From Trichodelitschia bisporula (taxonomy: Eukaryota): a stretch of 64,000 nucleotides of DNA. The stretch lies in contig ML996708.1 in NCBI GenBank assembly GCA_010356995.1, positions 1-64,000 on the forward strand. Direction: 5' to 3'. Made by a program: the position numbers and the translations under genes. How positions within the stretch are numbered: the first letter of the stretch is position 1; each line of letters opens with the position of its first letter. Positions 11,280 through 24,872 of this stretch are shown one piece after another. The notes beneath the pieces were generated by a model. The model was not told the DNA's origin and ran no database searches. It saw only the letters and a program-made list of their open reading frames with translations.

Positions 11280-12956
11280 CTACTCCGCCTTCCCCTTCCC
11301 CTTATCCCCGTCCGGCACGACCTTCTCCTCCGTCGCCTTCGGCGCCTCAAGGCGATCAACCCACCCCTCCCCCCTAAGCACACCGAACCCCTTCCTAATA
11401 ACCCCACTCGTCACCGCCGCAGGATCAGCCTCATAAACACCCCCAAGCAGCGCCAAACTCCCCACAAAGAGAAGCACATCCCCCCCTCTCACCCCATTCC
11501 ACCACCCCCTCTTCCGCCCCACCTTCCACAAGCTATCCGCGCTCATCCTCGCCGTATACATGAAATTCCCCCTCCCAGCCCCCCTATCAAGAAAAGCCCA
11601 CGACCCCGCGAGCGCGCCTGCCGCCACAAACCGTCCCTGCGGCAGCACGTTCCTAGGCAAGAAGGCCTGGAACGCGCAAATGCTCGCCCAACTCGTGCCC
11701 AGCGCACCTGTGACATACAGCGCCATGCGCAGCACCGTCCGGGCCAGGCGTAGGAAGGCGGGGCCAGGCGTTTTGACGAAGGCGCGCCAGCGGAGGAGGC
11801 TGAATGCGCCATAGAGTAGGGTGAAGAAGCGCGCGACGCCAGGGAAGGCGCGGAGGAAGAACGTCGCGTACGTGCGTAGGCAAGACGGGTCGTTCGGGTG
11901 CAGGGTGGCGCAGCTCAGGGATGTAGTTCCGGGGTGGGCGGAGGAGGTGAGCGGTCCGAGGGCGGCGAGCGTGGGGGGGAGGGTTTGCGAGGTAGGGAAG
12001 AGGATGGGGGAGACGAAGGGCGGCCAGCGCAGGCGCGCCATCTCAGCGAGATTATCCACGATTTCAGCCGCCGAGGGCCAGGGCGCAGTCGCCGGATAAC
12101 CCGCCGGGCGCGCATGCAGGTAGTGCTGCGAGTGGCGCAGGACAAAGTTGTTATACGTCGCCGGGAAGCAGTCCCTGTCAAACACAAACGCGTGGAGCAG
12201 CTGGCCGCACGCCGCCGGCATGAGCAGCCAACTGCCGACCCACCAGGGCATATTGGCGAACCACCCGCCGTTGTGCAGGTACTCGTAGAAGAACTCGAGC
12301 GCGCGGCTGGCGGTGTAGATAGTGATCGTGATGCGTAGTTGCGACGCCGGATAGGCCGCGAGCCACGCGCCCGCGAGACTAGCGCCGAGCGCCGGGGCGA
12401 GTTTCGCGGTCAGCGCACGCGCGATGCGCGGGTTGCGCGCGCGGAAGGCCTTTGCGGTGTCGTCGAGCAGGCTGGCGCGCAGGCGGAGGAAGAAGCGGTG
12501 CAGGAGGCGGTGGAAGAGGAGGATGGCGGCGAGCGCGCCGGGAAGACGGATGTTGCCGGACTTGTAGAACGGCTGCTTGGGGGCAGGTCTGCGCTGTTAG
12601 CATTTCGACAGCATTACGACGGCAAAGCGTGCAACTCACACTGGCTTCCGGCCGAGCACGCGCGCTGCAATCACCTCCCACAGCTTCAGTCCGCCGTACA
12701 CACCACCGAACAGACGCACGCTTGCGCGCAGCGCCGCCGCATTGTAGTCGTCGGCGGCAGTGACGGCGCGCTCGAAGCGGGCGGGTTGAGGCGCTTTGGT
12801 GCGCACGGCGGGCGTGCGCGAGAGGAGGTACTTGTGTAGGAGTTTGTATTCGCGCGGGCTGAGAGAGTAGCGCATCGCGTTGCGCACGATAGGGTCCATT
12901 GGCTGCGATGAGGCCGACGGGGCCGACGAGGATGACGAGGGAGGTGGAGACGCCAT
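11280..12956 (-). CDS. TMEM135-like integral membrane protein
   Basis: Exon 1 MASPP..DPIVRNAMRYSLS..DDYNAAALRASVRLF, an intron at ~12640-12588, then a multi-TM frame with GQLLHAFVFDRDCFP, SCATLHP and RMSADSLWK. Confidence 0.7.
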
Positions 12957-13505
12957 CGCGCTGGTATTTTGGGAACGCTGTTTGTGTCCGCTGGTGTTGT
13001 TGTAGTCAAATTATCCAAAGCCGTCAGAGGGCTGGCGCGTGCCTGTTGATGGAAGCGCAGGCATGCGGGGAAGGAAGCAAAAGCGCATGAGAGGGGGTGA
13101 TGGGTGCGGGAGATGAGCGACGGTCAGATTGTGGGGAGAGCGGAGATGAGGCTGGTGGTTGGTCGAGGCGGCAGGCTTGACCTCGGCTGTGGATAAATGA
13201 GCGCGCGTTGACGGTGCGTTATCGCGTCCTCTCCCTTGCACGTTCTGACTTGCGTTTACTGTCACTTGCAGCTGTGCATGAAGCATTTCACAGTATTTGC
13301 TGCCGTCCATATCCTGTGATAGCTCGCCTTTCGCCATCCCCAAAACGTCCTTGTCGAACACCGCGCTAGAATTGCATTCATCCAGGGTTCCCCGGCCAAT
13401 ACATCCATACTCCGTAAATCAAACACCATAACGCCATGCTAACCACTTTTGCTGGATATCACAGTTAGCGACGCATAGTAGCGACCCTGTAGTCAGTTCA
13501 CATAT

Positions 13506-15435
13506 TCACATATTCCTGGGCTCCGCCTCCACCGGCTTCTGGCCCTCAGGCTGCTCTTCAATCGACTCGGCCCACGCCGCTGCCGTCCGCACATGCGCCG
13601 TCTTGTGCTTCTGGCGCTTGATCCAAGGAATCTGGAATGCACCAAACACGGCTATGATGGCGCTGGCCCACCACGCCAGCGCCGAAAAATGCATCTGGCT
13701 TCCGAGGCCATACAGATATCCGGCCACGGGACTCGCAACAGTGCGGCACGCGCCGCCCGTGCTCGCTGCCAGCCCGTTGATCTTGCCGAGATGGCTGGAT
13801 GACGGCGCGGCCTCCTTGATGAGGATGAGGAGCAATGGATAGGCGATGATGGAGAAGAAGTTGCGCACAAACAAGCACGTGTAGATGCCCGTGTAAAGCC
13901 AGTTGGGCGGCAATGCAGACAGAAACGGCATGATCACGTACGCCAAGGGATGGCCGATCGTCACGATCACAAAAAGCGGCCACACGCCGAGCCACGACGC
14001 CATAAACGGGAAGATGAGCCCCTGCACGAAGAGCGCGATGATGCCGTTCACGCTCATGATGATGCCAACCTGCTGGGTGGAGAGCCCGAGGCCGCCCGTC
14101 ATGCCGGCACCGTAGTCTTTCTCGTCCTGGAAGAAGATGGGCATCAGGTGGTCGTAGGTCATGGAGTGGTACGTGTAGCTGCTGGTCAGTAGTGCAGGAG
14201 GTAGAGGTGGCAGTACCTACATTCCGAGCGCGGCGATCAGCACCAGGACGTTTCTGGTGTATACTTTGCCAGCAGTGGCTGACAACGTAGACATGGTGGA
14301 CGTGGCAGACGAGGAGCGGGCGAGCTTGCTGCGGTCGACCGAGCGGCCCGCGCGGTCGTTCGCACGGCGGTCCTCGATGACAACGCTGTCAAACGTGCCG
14401 TACGACTCGGTCGACAGATCAGCCGGCGCATTCGCCATGGCACCCGATGCCGGGATCAGCGGCGTCGCCGCCGTCGTGTTTTCCAGGTCCGCCTGCGTGC
14501 TCCACGGCTGCATATCGGGGTGGGTCTCGAAGAGGAAGAAGTAGGCGGCGATGATGGAGCCGAGCAGCATGGCCGAGCAGATGAGGTTGGGCAACAGGTA
14601 CGGGAATTTGCCAAACAAGCCATCGGCGCTAAAATGGGTAGGGAAGGTCTTGGTGGGGTTAGCAAAGTAGCCACCGATGGCGGGACCGATGATGGTGCCG
14701 ATCGACCACACAAACGGCATGACTGCAAATGCCCGAGCTGGGATTATTAGCGACGCGACGACGACACAGGAGGGGTACGCACGCTCATGCTTGGGGTTGG
14801 AGACAAGTTCACCGACCATGGTCTGCGTTGGTTAGCCACGCCAGCAAGACCAAATCGAACAACCAACCTGGATGACGCCAATATTCCCATTGAGCATACC
14901 GCCAAAAACACGACCGAACAGGGCGACCCAAAAGTTGCCTGCAAAGCCGAGGACGAGCAGCGAGAGCATCGTGCCGGTTGTCCCGAAGATGAGCACCTTT
15001 TTGCGGCCGATGCGGTCTGACAACGTTCCCCAGAAGATGCCCGTCAGCGCCTCGGCAAAGGAAAAGGCGGCGATGAGTACGCCGGCATAGAAGGCGGCAT
15101 CGCTTTCGTTCCCAATTTCATAGTGCAGCACGAGCTTCCACGCATAGGGGAAGATGGAGGTGAGGGCAATGGGCTCCGAAACGCGCACAAGGGCTGAGGT
15201 GTTAGCAAGAGCCGATGGGGGAGAGATAGATATAGGAAAGCATTTTGTGCGATGGGTGGATCGTCAGAGACGAGACAGATGCGATAGGCGGTGGGAGAGG
15301 ATGTTTGGGTTTAAGGGTGCAAATGAGGGACGACAGGTGGAAACGGGGACAGAGTGACGTACCGAGAATCAGTAGCTGGACGGTAGGGAAGCTGCTGGGG
15401 TCTCGCGACGAGCTTTGCTGTGGTGTAAGAAGCAT
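13506..15435 (-). CDS. MFS transporter (YCR023C/ZIFL-like, DHA1-type)
   Basis: Spliced ORFs contain EPIALTSIFPY, WGTLSDRIGRKKVL (MFS motif A), NGNIGV, WSIGTIIGPAIGG, FPYLLPNL and LGKING. Confidence 0.85.
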
Positions 15436-16854
15436 GTTCCTCCAGCAATTCTGAATCTTACGGCCGTCTGCTGTTGGTGATGCAGAGAAGAGGTGAAGAG
15501 CAGAGGAGAAGAGAAGAAATTTTGCGAAGGGAGGGAAGCGGCGGACTGGCAGTTATCAAAGTTTACCGCAAGTGAACGCCTGGACACCTAATGGCCATAG
15601 CAACTGCCTGAGGAAGAAAGAGGGTCAAGGTCAAGAGGGGTTCCAAAAGAGGGGTCTATTGAGCTAGAAGGTACTCTGGAGACCCGGGAAAATGCCCCGC
15701 CATGCGATGCGAGGCACGCTCTCTCAGCAATTGGCAGCAATTCAGTCTCACCACCGCAGCCAACTCTCCCAATATCTGCAGCCCAGCTGCGCCGTGTTTG
15801 CCGGCCACTCTGGCCCACCGGGATTTACGGTCGGACGGGAGCGGAAAGCGGGCACGAGTAGGGTGGTAGCTAGAAATCGGAGCAAAAGCTGGACATCGGA
15901 TCCTGGGTGCTTCCCTACTGTACTGATCAGTTCCCCATCCAATTCCTGTTATCAAACCGCCATGCACCATGCAACCCTATCAGCCATGCCCCACCATGCT
16001 ATGCACTGTGTCTTCAGCACCCAGGACCATGCTCCCATGGCACCAGCAACACCAGCACAGCGGACTCAATTCCAAGGGGAGGGCCGAAGCGATTCCACTA
16101 CCCCGAGATGATACGACCAAGGGCAAAGATGTGCCTCTCTCGTGTTCCAGAGTCATGGGACAACAGGTGGGATCATGAAGATTTGCGGTCGGTACGCGTC
16201 GCCCTTGGACCGCATGCAGGAAGCCGCAGCTAGCCAGACGCCGAACGACTAGTGCACGCCATACCATGATAGGCTTAACGGCGACGAGATCCTGCATCAA
16301 AAAAGACGCCCAACGTGTCTGAGCCGCACTATTGCCTGCCAGTAGCCCGCGGTCTGGACGTTTTGTTCGGCAATGGCGGACATGTACGATGGGCGGGTGA
16401 CGGCGGGCGGGCGGGGCGGGGCGTTGCGAGCTGCAAGTGACTGATTCACTTTTGATGCGCATTCTGTTCGCTTCTTTTCCACGGTAAACTCGGCTGGTGA
16501 TGCCGCGGCCAATGGTGTCTGGAGTTCCAATCTCCGTGCTCTCTCATTCGTAGATCATCAGCTTTCGCACCCCTCAATTCCGACTCCCGCAACCGAAGCT
16601 GATTGACGGACGGGAATTCATTTACTTCACTCACTTCAAGCAGAGCAGACCATGCAAAGTTTAAAGAGGAACAGCTGAGCAAGTTAAAAACTACCAGGTA
16701 AACGCTAGTCGTACATCGTCAATCTTCCCAGTCCACCGAACCCCGCACATGACACGAGCTTTACCCCGCCATCTTCGCCTCCCGGCTACCTGCCGACCGG
16801 TGCGCCCCGCCACTCTCAACACTAGCTGTCGCACAGCATTCTGTATCACCTCTC

Positions 16855-17667
16855 TCAAGCAGGCACCGCCTTCTCGCTGGACTCTGCGCCTACAGCCGGC
16901 GTCGAGGTGTCCTTGGCGGCGGGTTCCGCCTCTCCAGCCTTCTTCGTCTTAAGGTCGGCGAGGTGGCGCGCTTCGGCGTGCACGTCAAGCACCTGTTTGC
17001 TGCTCTGATCGTAGAACTGGCGCAGCTTCTGGCCCGTAGGCGTGTTGCTGGCCTTCTCAAAGTACGACGAGAGACCACCCCAGGCGCCATACGCCTTGCT
17101 CGTCACGCCGAGACGTTCATCGGCTGCCTTAGCCTTGTCGACGGCGTGGTACTTTGCGTCAAAGTTCTTGAGTGCGTCGGTGAAGCGCTGCGAGATGCCG
17201 CGCTGCTCGTCAAAGGCGAGCCCACGAGCAATGATCTGGTCGCTGAGGAGGTAGCCGTGCGCTAGGTATTCGGCAAAGATACGCGCGCGGGGCTTGTCCT
17301 CCTGTTGTACGTCGCCGTCGTCCGTCTCATCCTTGGAGGTTGATAGGGAGGGAGCCGACTCGTCGGGTGTGACGTGCACTTGCGACGGGCCGAGCTGTGT
17401 GCTGTCGAGGAGGAGTGCTGTCTTTGCGGCCGTCTCCTTGTCGAACGTGACCGTGGCCTCTTGCGTGTCTTCGCCGGCGGGCTGGACGGTGAGGTGGCTG
17501 ATCTTGCCGCTGGGGACGTTAGTAACTGTAAATCAAAGGGAGAGAAGAGGACAAAAGGATCAGGAGAGGGACAGTGGAAGAGGGAGAGCATACCAGAAGC
17601 TGAAGAAGTCGCGAACTTCCTTCTCGCTCGTCTGCTTGGAAATGTTTTGAACCTTGACCGTCGACAT
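16855..17667 (-). CDS. vip1: RRM-containing Vip1-like protein
   Basis: MSTVKVQNISKQTSEKEVRDFFSFC, an intron, then GKISHL..ATVTFDKETAAKTALLLDST, QEDKPRARIFAEYLAHGY and DVHAEARHLA. Confidence 0.8.
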
Positions 17668-18666
17668 GGTGATGGTGGAGGTGTTTTTACTGGAGATGGA
17701 GTTGGTGAAGATCTGGGAAAGGAGGAGGATCTGTGGTTGATCTGCAGGTGAGTGAGGACTTGATGCAGATGATTGCAGCGTTGGACGGCTTGGTATTTGT
17801 ACAAACGAAAGGGCGAGAGGAGATGTGGTCCTACCTCAGGTGGGTGGGATCAAGCTCCAGGGCGGGGCAATGACGTTGACAGTGTGGCGGTGCGGCTGCC
17901 GTTAAGGTTACCCCGCTGCGCCACAATGGCGTGCGTCATTTTCCGACCTGCATGCCCACCTCGGCGTGCTCGGGCAACAACCACCACTGACTCTCTGCAG
18001 AAGACAAGTCCCGCCCACCATCGGTCAGTTCTCGTTGGCCGTGTTAGATGAATCTGCGGAATGTCTTTGCAGATGTTGAAGAGATGGCGGACTCGAAGCA
18101 ATGCCACACATGTGATGCTTGCATATGTATCAGAACACGTACGCACCCACGTTTTGGACGGCAACCTTGCCAGAAAGTAGCTCGAGACCTGGGTGCTGCG
18201 TGGTGAGCGTTGGCCGTAGTGGACGTCAACCGCCCGTGATGACAACCCAGCAGAATCGCAGCACCTGCAAAGCAAGGGCAGGTTTCCCATCAACGTTGCT
18301 ACACACGTTGTATATATCCACGTCAGACAACGGCTCGCAAACAACCACTCGGAACTCCGCCGAGCCAAACCAATCACAAGCAAACCACCGGATCTCACCA
18401 GCCTCGCCGAGTACCGAACACCAGCCCCCAAACCCATCAACCCGAAACACCACACCCACAGTGTACGTCGTGGCCCAAATGGCCATCTCCTACGCACGTA
18501 GCGATCAGCCCTTCGCAGTAAATCTTGCGGAAAGGAGCCCAATCTCGGTGACCTGAACTGCGTCCTAATCTCTATCTCAATTAATCAAGTCCGCGCGCCT
18601 GCAATTCGCACCGCTGGATAAAGGCACCACCATGCCCAACCTTCCAGAAATGCGACACCCACAGCC

Positions 18667-19938
18667 ATGAAGTCCCTCCTTTTCACTAGCCTGCTCGCCG
18701 CCGCAACCGCCTCCCCCGCGGAGCTGCACCCGCGCCAGGCCAAGGGCGCCGGCGGCGGTTTCCTCGGCAGCCTCGTCAGCGGCATGAACAGTACATCACC
18801 CTCCCCCCTCCCCCTCCTTCGCCCACAACTAACCCCCCCAGGCGGCTACGGCAAAGTCCCCGACATCCCCGGTGCCGCTCCCCGGACCTCCTTCCTCCCC
18901 AACCGCGTCCCCGGCGTGCCTTCGGCAAAAACAATCAAAGTGCGCTACGGGCCGTACAAAGTGCCCAATATGTCCAAGAAGAGCGTGTCGGGGGAGATGG
19001 GCACGCTGTTTAACTATCCCGATCTAGGGGTCGCGCGGCCGTGCGAGGGCGATTGTGTGCTTTTGGGGATTAGTGCGGGGCTGGAGTATGCGAATGGGAG
19101 CGATGCGAATACCGCGAATGGAATGTGGCTGCACCACATGGTTGCCTTTACGGTCGGGCCGAAGCGCTTCGACCCGACGTGCGCGGGCAAGATGAGCCTC
19201 CCGCATATGCTCATCGGCAGCGACGCGACCAAGTCTGAGCGCTTCTTTTCAAGCGGGAATGAGCGCAGTGCGGCGGCGTTCAATCCGCCGTGGGTTAAGA
19301 ATGAGGTGCTCGGGTACTACCTGTATCCGACGGATAAGTTCTCTTTTATCGTCGATCTGATGAATCAGAATATGGATGATCGGACGGTGTACATGACGCT
19401 CACGTACGACTACGTCACCGGCCGCCCGAAGGACGTAGGCGATGTGAAGGCGATATGGCTCGACGCGGCGCAGTGCGGGACCAGCGAGATCGCGCCGCCG
19501 AAGCAGACGGGCAACTTTAGCGTCAAGTACACCTGGACTGCGAATCTGGATGGCGATATCCTGGGCGCCGGCGGGCATTTGCACGACGGGGGTACGCACC
19601 TCACGCTCTCGGTCGACGGGAAGCAGGTCTGCGACTCGGTGGCCACGTACGGCGGGGCTGGGGCGGGCGGGATGGGTGGCCCGTCGCCGATGGCGGGGAT
19701 GGGCGGCGAGGGGCCGGGGCATGGGCACGCTGATGTTAAGGGCAACGTGAAGCACATCACGAGCATGTCGGCGTGCTTTGACGACACGCTGGGCGTCAAG
19801 ACGTTGAAGAAGGGGCAGAAGTGGGGCTTGGAGGCGTTCTACGATTACGACAAGTACGCGGGTATGACGCACGAGAGCGGGAAGCAGAGCAACGTCATGG
19901 GTATTTCGATCATGTATGTTAAGAACCCGAAGGTCTAG
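18667..19938 (+). CDS. Secreted protein, putative PHM/DBM-like copper type II monooxygenase fold
   Basis: Signal peptide; probable in-frame 51-nt intron 18791-18841 (GTACAT..CTAAC..CAG); motifs WLHH, GGHLHDGG and C-terminal VMG. Confidence 0.6.
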   Translation: MKSLLFTSLLAAATASPAELHPRQAKGAGGGFLGSLVSGMNSTSPSPLPLLRPQLTPPGGYGKVPDIPGAAPRTSFLPNRVPGVPSAKTIKVRYGPYKVPNMSKKSVSGEMGTLFNYPDLGVARPCEGDCVLLGISAGLEYANGSDANTANGMWLHHMVAFTVGPKRFDPTCAGKMSLPHMLIGSDATKSERFFSSGNERSAAAFNPPWVKNEVLGYYLYPTDKFSFIVDLMNQNMDDRTVYMTLTYDYVTGRPKDVGDVKAIWLDAAQCGTSEIAPPKQTGNFSVKYTWTANLDGDILGAGGHLHDGGTHLTLSVDGKQVCDSVATYGGAGAGGMGGPSPMAGMGGEGPGHGHADVKGNVKHITSMSACFDDTLGVKTLKKGQKWGLEAFYDYDKYAGMTHESGKQSNVMGISIMYVKNPKV

Positions 19939-22027
19939 GCTGCGGCGATCGGCTGGCGGGCGGTTTTGAGGCGGCCCTGCATGTACATTAGCGAAAGTTG
20001 AAAAGGAGTCAGTGAAACTCGCCCGTGCCAGCTCCTTCAGATACACCCCATACACCACATACCCACGATGCCGCGCCCCCTCCTTCGCCGGATTGATCCA
20101 CACATTCCCCAAAAAGCACGCTGCGAGCACGCTCAACCCCATAAGCGGCAGCGCCGACGCAAACGCCCACATAACCGCGTGCGCCGCCCTCTGCCGCACG
20201 GCCAACTGCACCGCGTCCGGCAATGCACGGATTGCATCCAGGCCGTCGGCGTTCTGCCGCCCCCCCGGACCCAAGTCCACATGCGCCAGCGACGACGAGA
20301 ACTTATTCGAGAACACGCTCGCCATGATCGCAAGGCTCAGCGTACCGCCAAACGGCAGCGCAAAGTCCATGAGCGACATCACGGCGGCGATTTCGGTTGG
20401 CCAGACGCCGACAGCGTGCAAGGTGTTCGGCATAAAGCGCAGGCCCGTGCCAGCGCCGGCGATGGCGATGGTGACGTTTACCAGCGCTGATTTACGCGTT
20501 GAGGTCGCCCAGGTAAGGAGGGCGAAGCCGAGGGCTTCGACTGTGGACCCGAGCATTAGGGGGTAGAATGTTTGCCGTGGCCAGACGTTGCAGATGAACA
20601 TGGCCGAGTACGCGCCGACTGATAACGGTTAGCACCAAGTGCAAGCTGTGAGTGCCGGGTAACTCACCCCCCAGTCCCGGGGTATAGTACAGCAACTGCA
20701 AGCCGGCCTTCGAGGGCGAGTAATCCTGCGCCAACGTCCAGAAGATACCGACGAAGTAAAACGCACAATACAGCGCCGCGCCCGTCGCCGCATTAATCAC
20801 CGCCAGCAGCGCAACATCCTTCCTCTGGAACAGCTTGAACGGAATCATAGCCACCTGGCGCGGGAAGCGGCGCGCAAGCCAGTGCCCCGGCTCCAGGAGA
20901 TACTCGTATACGAAAAAGGAGACAAAGAGCACGCTGCCCAGCACCAGCGGGAGCACCACCCTATACGAATCCCAGTCGTACTTCGTCCCGCCCCACGACG
21001 TTGCCAAAATTACCAGCCCGGCCCCGAGGACAAACAGCGTCGTCCCACCGACATCTATCGTCGCCAGCCCTTGCCGCAGACTGACCCGCTCCGGGCCGGT
21101 AAGGTGGTGCGTGCCGTGCACCAGCTCCTCCCTCAGCACGAAAAAAATAAGCACCATCGCCAGCGCGGCGATAGGGATCGACAGGACGAAGCAGTAGCGC
21201 CAATTCGCGACCGCGAGCGAGCCGCCTACAATCGGGCCGACGCTATACCCTACGCCCGTGACCAGCGCGAAGATACTATTGTTGCGGGATTGTTCCGCGA
21301 GCGTGACTTTGTCCGAGAGCACGATTTTGACGAGGTTGGCGATGCCGGCGGCGCTTAGGCCCTGGAGCGCGCGGCCGAAGAGGAGCATGCCCCACGTTTG
21401 CGCGGCGGCGCATAGCGTCGACCCGATGAGCATGAAGGCCATGGAGAGTTGCAGCGCGGCATGGCGCCCGAAGACGTCGGCGAGCTGGCCATACCAAGGG
21501 ATGAAAGCCGTTGCGGGGAGCGAGTACGCGAGCACAATCCAGGTCAACTCATCGAGGTGGTCGAAGCGGGACGCGACAGTCGTGAGCGCCGTAGCAACAA
21601 TAGTCGTATCGACGGACTGCAAGAACTGGGACGGAAATAGCGCGACGATCAACTTCAGGAGGTATATGTTGCGCCGGCGCTGCTCGGCCTTGCACTCGAG
21701 GCACGGCTCGGTAATAGTCGATTGCGGCTCCTTGTCTAGTTCCTTCCCGGACGGCTGGTGGCCAAGCTTCGCAAGCTTTTCCGCAGGGTCGTCGTTTGTC
21801 TTGGGGGATGCTAGCGGATGGTTTAATGGGTGCTGGCCGGAGGTTGGCGGATCCGCGGGCGGATCAGTCGGCTCCTGATCTGACGGGAGGAGCCCTATCT
21901 TTGCTGCAGCCGGCTCGGCGTCAGCAAGTGGTGCTCCTCGGTGATGACACAGCTTAGCCGGCTTCGGCGGCTCGCCGGCTTTTTCGCGTTTTTTCGCCTG
22001 GTGTTTCTTGTACAGATATCGGATCAT
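19935..22027 (-). CDS. MFS drug:H+ antiporter (DHA2-type)
   Basis: DTTIVATAL, GQLADVFGRH, GRALQGLSAAG, GPIVGG. Intron at ~20668-20619 and a proposed GC-AG intron 20022-19977 give the C-terminus KELARGRLKTARQPIAAA*. Confidence 0.8.
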
Positions 22028-23660
22028 GACGACGAGATAAAATGCGGGAAATGTTGGGAGCGCATCTTCGCCCGCTGGCGGATTGTATACTGCAGAGCCA
22101 GATGAGCTCGTGTTGCGAGTGTGCCTTGAGGGGTCGGGGGGTCAGCCCCGCCCCGTATTCCTCTCGCGTTTATGGGGCACGCGCGGTTCGATCGGCATCG
22201 TATTGCGCAGAAGGCGGATTCTCGATGAATCGAGGCCTCGTATGCGTCCAAGGGCAACTTTCTTTCCATCTTGAGTGCCCTGCTTTGGACATGTCACCGA
22301 AGACATGAGGCTTGGCGCGAGATTAGATGTAAAGATCGCGGAGCGCGATGATGAGGCGGTGCTGTGGACGCGATCGCCAGCTGCACGTTTTCCTAACGGA
22401 CCCCTCCCCACAGCTTGGCAAGCGGAGGGAAAGACAAAACCATGTGGAAAGCATGTGACGTCAGTCATGTCCAGCACATGGAAGCAATATCAAGGGGCCC
22501 GAACTCTTGCATCAAACAATGCCGGTAATAAGTTCATCGGTGCGCTGTCAAAGGAGGCCCGAAAGTGTCCAAACCCGGTTGAATTCTGCGTCTTCCCCCA
22601 CCCCCTCTTCCGGCCCCTGGCTAGTGGTCACGGTGGTGCACCCTACCCATGCGCGACGAGACGCGGGCCGGTGTCAAGTCGGTTTTGAGTTGTCGTCCGT
22701 CGGTTTTGCGATCCTTCCACACGACCTCAACGACCCGCTCCCGTTCGGTCATGGCAAACAAAACCCGGGGCGTTAGTTGCTTCCTCGTGTCCTAGCGCTA
22801 CGTAGTAGATGAATTGGAATGACTGTGGAAAGCTTGCGGGCGAAAGAAGAGTTTACCGTGGGTCGTGATGCGCCAATCGGCCGCTTGTGGAAGAAGACGT
22901 AAGCGTTCCTTGGTTTTTGAACGGCTTGATAGGGCAGCATGGCACCGATTAGGGAGACGATTGGCGCACCGAGCACGAGAAGAGCAGAATGCTGAGAAGA
23001 GCATCAAGAACACAGCCTGACAGCCCCTTCAAGCCAGCTCACGCTTACTACAGTGCGGTACCGTGTCGTTCTCACTCTCACTCCTGCACTGCACGCCGCA
23101 AACAAAACCCGCATCGCACACCCACTTCATTCGCGCCTACAACCGCCCAACCAACTTGAGGCCCCATCCCCATCCCCTCCACCTGCCATCTCTACCGTAT
23201 CCCCTCCCTCGCCCCCTCCCCACAAGTGCAGTGCTGCAAGCGAACCTAGCCGTGCCACCCCCCAGCCCCATAGCCAAGCCAAGCCGCCCGCACACCATCT
23301 CAAGTGGTCCCCCCCCCACCCCGGCCTGTAACCAACCGGGGCAGCCCCGCGAAACCTCCAACACCACCCGCCCTCGAGTCCTCGAGTCCATATCCTCTCC
23401 CTTCTTCACCATCTTTTCCTCGCACCTTCAGTCGACCTTCTCTTTCATTATTCACCTCTCCGTCCTCGGCCTCTGCAGTTCTCCGCCTAATCCGATCCCC
23501 TATCGGCCGCCATCCCACGCCCTCCGCCTCCCTCGTTCCCGCATCATCCCTCGAGTCCACCCGTCGTCGCACAGCTACGGCTTCGCGCATCATCGCCCCC
23601 TTCCCAGCGCACCCGCCGCCCCTCAATGGACAGCTCGCGCGCTGCCATAATACCACCAGG

Positions 23661-24809
23661 ATGCTCCTCCTCTTCCTCCTCACCCTCGCTGTAGCCGCCT
23701 TCGCCAGCATAACCCCCAGCATAACCCCCAGCAACGCCTCCCTCCCCGCCCCCCACCCCGCCTATCTCCAAATCCAACTCGCCCGCATCAAAACCGACAC
23801 ATCCCACTCCCTCGCCGGCTACGACACAACCTTCCCCCCCTTCAACCTCGCCTACCTAACCCCAGCCGCAAACACCTCGCTCCCGGCAAACGGCATCCGC
23901 GGCTCGATTTTCAATCTCACCGACGCCGATCTCTCCAATGTGACGGCCCTCGCCAGCACCCACGGCATCGCCGTCGTGTCCTGCGACCCAGGCTCCGTGC
24001 GCGGCTTCCTAAGCGTCGAAGCCCTAATCCGCGCCATAATCCCGCTCAACTACAGCGCCATAATCCTCTACAGCCGGGGCTCCTCCTCCTGCGCCTACGC
24101 CCCACCCTCCGATTTCCCCCCCTTCGACTACGTCTACAGCATGACCGACAACGACGAATTCGTCCGCCTCGGCACCGCGCTGCTCATCAACGAGCGCTTC
24201 GGGTCCTGGGCCGTCGCCCGCAAATCCGCTATTGAAAACAGCACGAGCACGAGTAACGGCAATTACGCGCCCAGCATACCCGGCGGACCCTCGCCGTCCA
24301 CCGCCGTCGCAATGATTATTCTGTACAGCATCACGGGCGTCATAACCGCGCTCTTCCTCGTCATCATCGTGACCGGCGCCATCCGCGCCCACCGCCATCC
24401 AGAGCGCTACGGGCCGCGCAACGTCCTCGGCCGGCCACGCCAAAGCCGCGCCCGCGGTCTCGCGCGCGCCATGCTCGACACCCTCCCCATCGTCAAGTTC
24501 GGCGAAAAGGACGAGCCGAAGAGCACAGACGTCGAACTCAGTCTCGCAGCGCGCGATAGCGTCGGCAGCGCAAAACCCTCCGATATCGGGAGTGCCACGG
24601 CCGGGGCCTCTGCCGTGACCGGCGCGTCTGCGACGCCTGAGCCCGCCGCTCCGGTGGAGGATTCACAGGGCTGCTCGATTTGCACGGAGGACTTTGAGCG
24701 CGGGCAGGACGTGCGGGTTTTGCCGTGTAATCACTCGTTTCACCCTGCGTGCATCGATCCCTGGCTGCTGAATGTGTCGGGCACTTGTCCGCTGTGGTAC
24801 GTCCCCCCC

Positions 24810-24872
<63 letters not shown>

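Noticed and set aside
19249..19934. C-terminal part of the 450-aa minus ORF 19249..20601
   Set aside because: Antisense shadow of the secreted protein; the MFS gene more plausibly ends at 19935 after splicing.
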